64,000 nt of DNA from the human T2T-CHM13v2.0 reference genome, Homo sapiens. Under the pieces are notes generated by a model. The model saw only the letters and a list, made by a program, of their open reading frames with translations, had not been told where the DNA came from and did not search any database. A program made the position numbers and the translations under genes. This document shows positions 62,231-64,000 of this stretch, piece after piece; positions within the stretch are counted from its first letter, which is position 1, and each line of letters starts with the position of its first letter. The stretch lies in NCBI RefSeq assembly GCF_009914755.1, contig NC_060929.1; one strand, given 5' to 3'.

Positions 62231-64000
62231 GCTATAATATTATTAAATAAATATTCAAACCCTACCAACAAAAATGTGTATCTTTCTCTCTGCCTTCAAG
62301 AAAGTAACTTAGAATGGATAATAAATTCTGCTCCAATAACATCATTTTTTGCCACTTTTGTCTTTCTACCATTCTTTATAGAATATTAACAGATTTAAAC
62401 TGTGGGAGTCATGAACTCCAGCCAATGTATTTTTTCAATGGGAAGCAGGGGCCCAGATAGGTTATGTGAGTTACCAGAGAGCAGACTTATTAATGTATTA
62501 GAGTTAAGCTAAAACTTCTGGTCTCCTTTTTCCTAGATGTCTTTCCTCCCTGCCAATCTACTTTATTACTTCCGTCAAACCTGGGTTCAGTTCTGTTTAA
62601 GTAAGTCTTCCCTAATTAATTCTGGTCCCTGACCACTTTTTTGTCCAATATTGCTTTAAATATTTAGACCTTATGGTTATGTTATAAATTCTACACAAAC
62701 AGATGTTAAACAAATCAGTTTTACTAAATAGCTCTGCTTTTTAAAAGCATAAATGCTGTTTCTCCCAAAGAGCAAATCTTTTTTACCTCAAGTAATTTGT
62801 AATAATAGTTCCATTTTATTTGGCAAAAGGGCATGCTGACAGAATTCTATACAATAAGTGGAAAAACAGAAATTTGTTAATGAAAATTTTTCCAGGTTTA
62901 GAATGTAAATAATAATGCATTTTCGCCTATGAATTAGGGTGACTGATAACCCTGTTGATACCAGGAATTTGTTACATTTCACTGCCGTATTCATGGATCG
63001 CATGTTAGCTTGTGTCTGCAGGTGTTTCTATTGGAATAAATAATAGTTTGCACTTTAACTGAAACATTATTTCATGATAAACTAAAGGAATTCAAAGCAC
63101 TAATCACATCAACAAATTATGCAGAAATAACAGCCTCCATGTGAAATATAAGGGTCATTCAAAATATGAGATAATTTCATGAAAATAAACAGTTTTTCTA
63201 TTTATTTGCTACAGTGGAAGATGGCAGATGGGTTAACTAAATCCAGATTGTCTTTTGCTACAGGTATAATAGACATGAATTGAGCTGAGGATGCTAAAGA
63301 GTATTTAATGTGTTACACAGGAAGTACCATGATGTCGCTTGATGCATTCTGTCTACCAAAGACAGAATCTAACTGCAAATAGTGAGAAATAATGCATTAG
63401 GCAAAGAAAACACGGTATTTATGCTCCTGTGAGGATCAAGTTTAAGAAAAGATTAAAATGCTATCATCTAGATAAGCAAGTAGAACAAGATGCAGTATTT
63501 TGCAGAATATGTTGAAGGAACGCAAAATATCTGCAAGACTATTTACAAAAAGTACTTTGAGTGTGTGCTGAAAGAAAGACAAAAAGCTATCTGCAAATAA
63601 TGGTGAGAACTTTAAAATGAGCCAGATGCATTCTGCCACAGAACTGCCTCAGACAGGAAACCTCCATGGCTCACCCAGAAGAAGGTCAATAGAACTGTAC
63701 AGGACACCAGATTCAATTAGGGAGAATTACCAGATTCTTGCTGCAAGTTTATCTTGTGATCTTTAATATTTAAATATATAAATATGTAAGTTAATGAATT
63801 GAAAAAATTCCCTGCCAGAGCTTGACAAACTAGCACCGATAAGACAGGGATATAAATATATGATATCATCTATTCTCCCACCTCCTCTGTGCAGTAAGTT
63901 TTAGAATAATGACATGCATGTCCTGTGTACAATAAGATAGAGAAAACTTTATTTTCTTAACCAATAACCAGGCTCTCCAATTTTAAGTCCTAAAGTTTAC

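Overview
This is primate, almost certainly human, AT-rich non-coding DNA (intergenic or deep intronic). I find no credible intact protein-coding gene: the longer ORFs in the track come from Alu, L1, Tigger1, MaLR or pseudogene sequence, and the rest are short with no recognisable product. The window holds 13 Alu copies or fragments, several L1 pieces, MaLR LTRs, hAT MITEs, MIR/L2 relics, a near full-length Tigger1 and a 3'-truncated processed PGAM1 pseudogene. Subfamily calls rest on my recall of consensus sequences, not a database search. I see no new multi-gene system. The most notable signals are rearrangement scars readable from the sequence. (1) A ~2.2 kb inversion splits Tigger1 and leaves inverted-duplicated, fold-back breakpoints. 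(2) The PGAM1 retrocopy is fused to an opposite-strand lone L1 5'UTR and bracketed by an unexplained ~140 bp direct repeat. (3) A 27-bp L1 insert is stitched from two distant parts of the same L1. (4) An Alu left arm is fused to an L1 inside one apparent TSD. There is also a palindrome/E-box/ARE/TATA cluster at ~12.8-13.2 kb.
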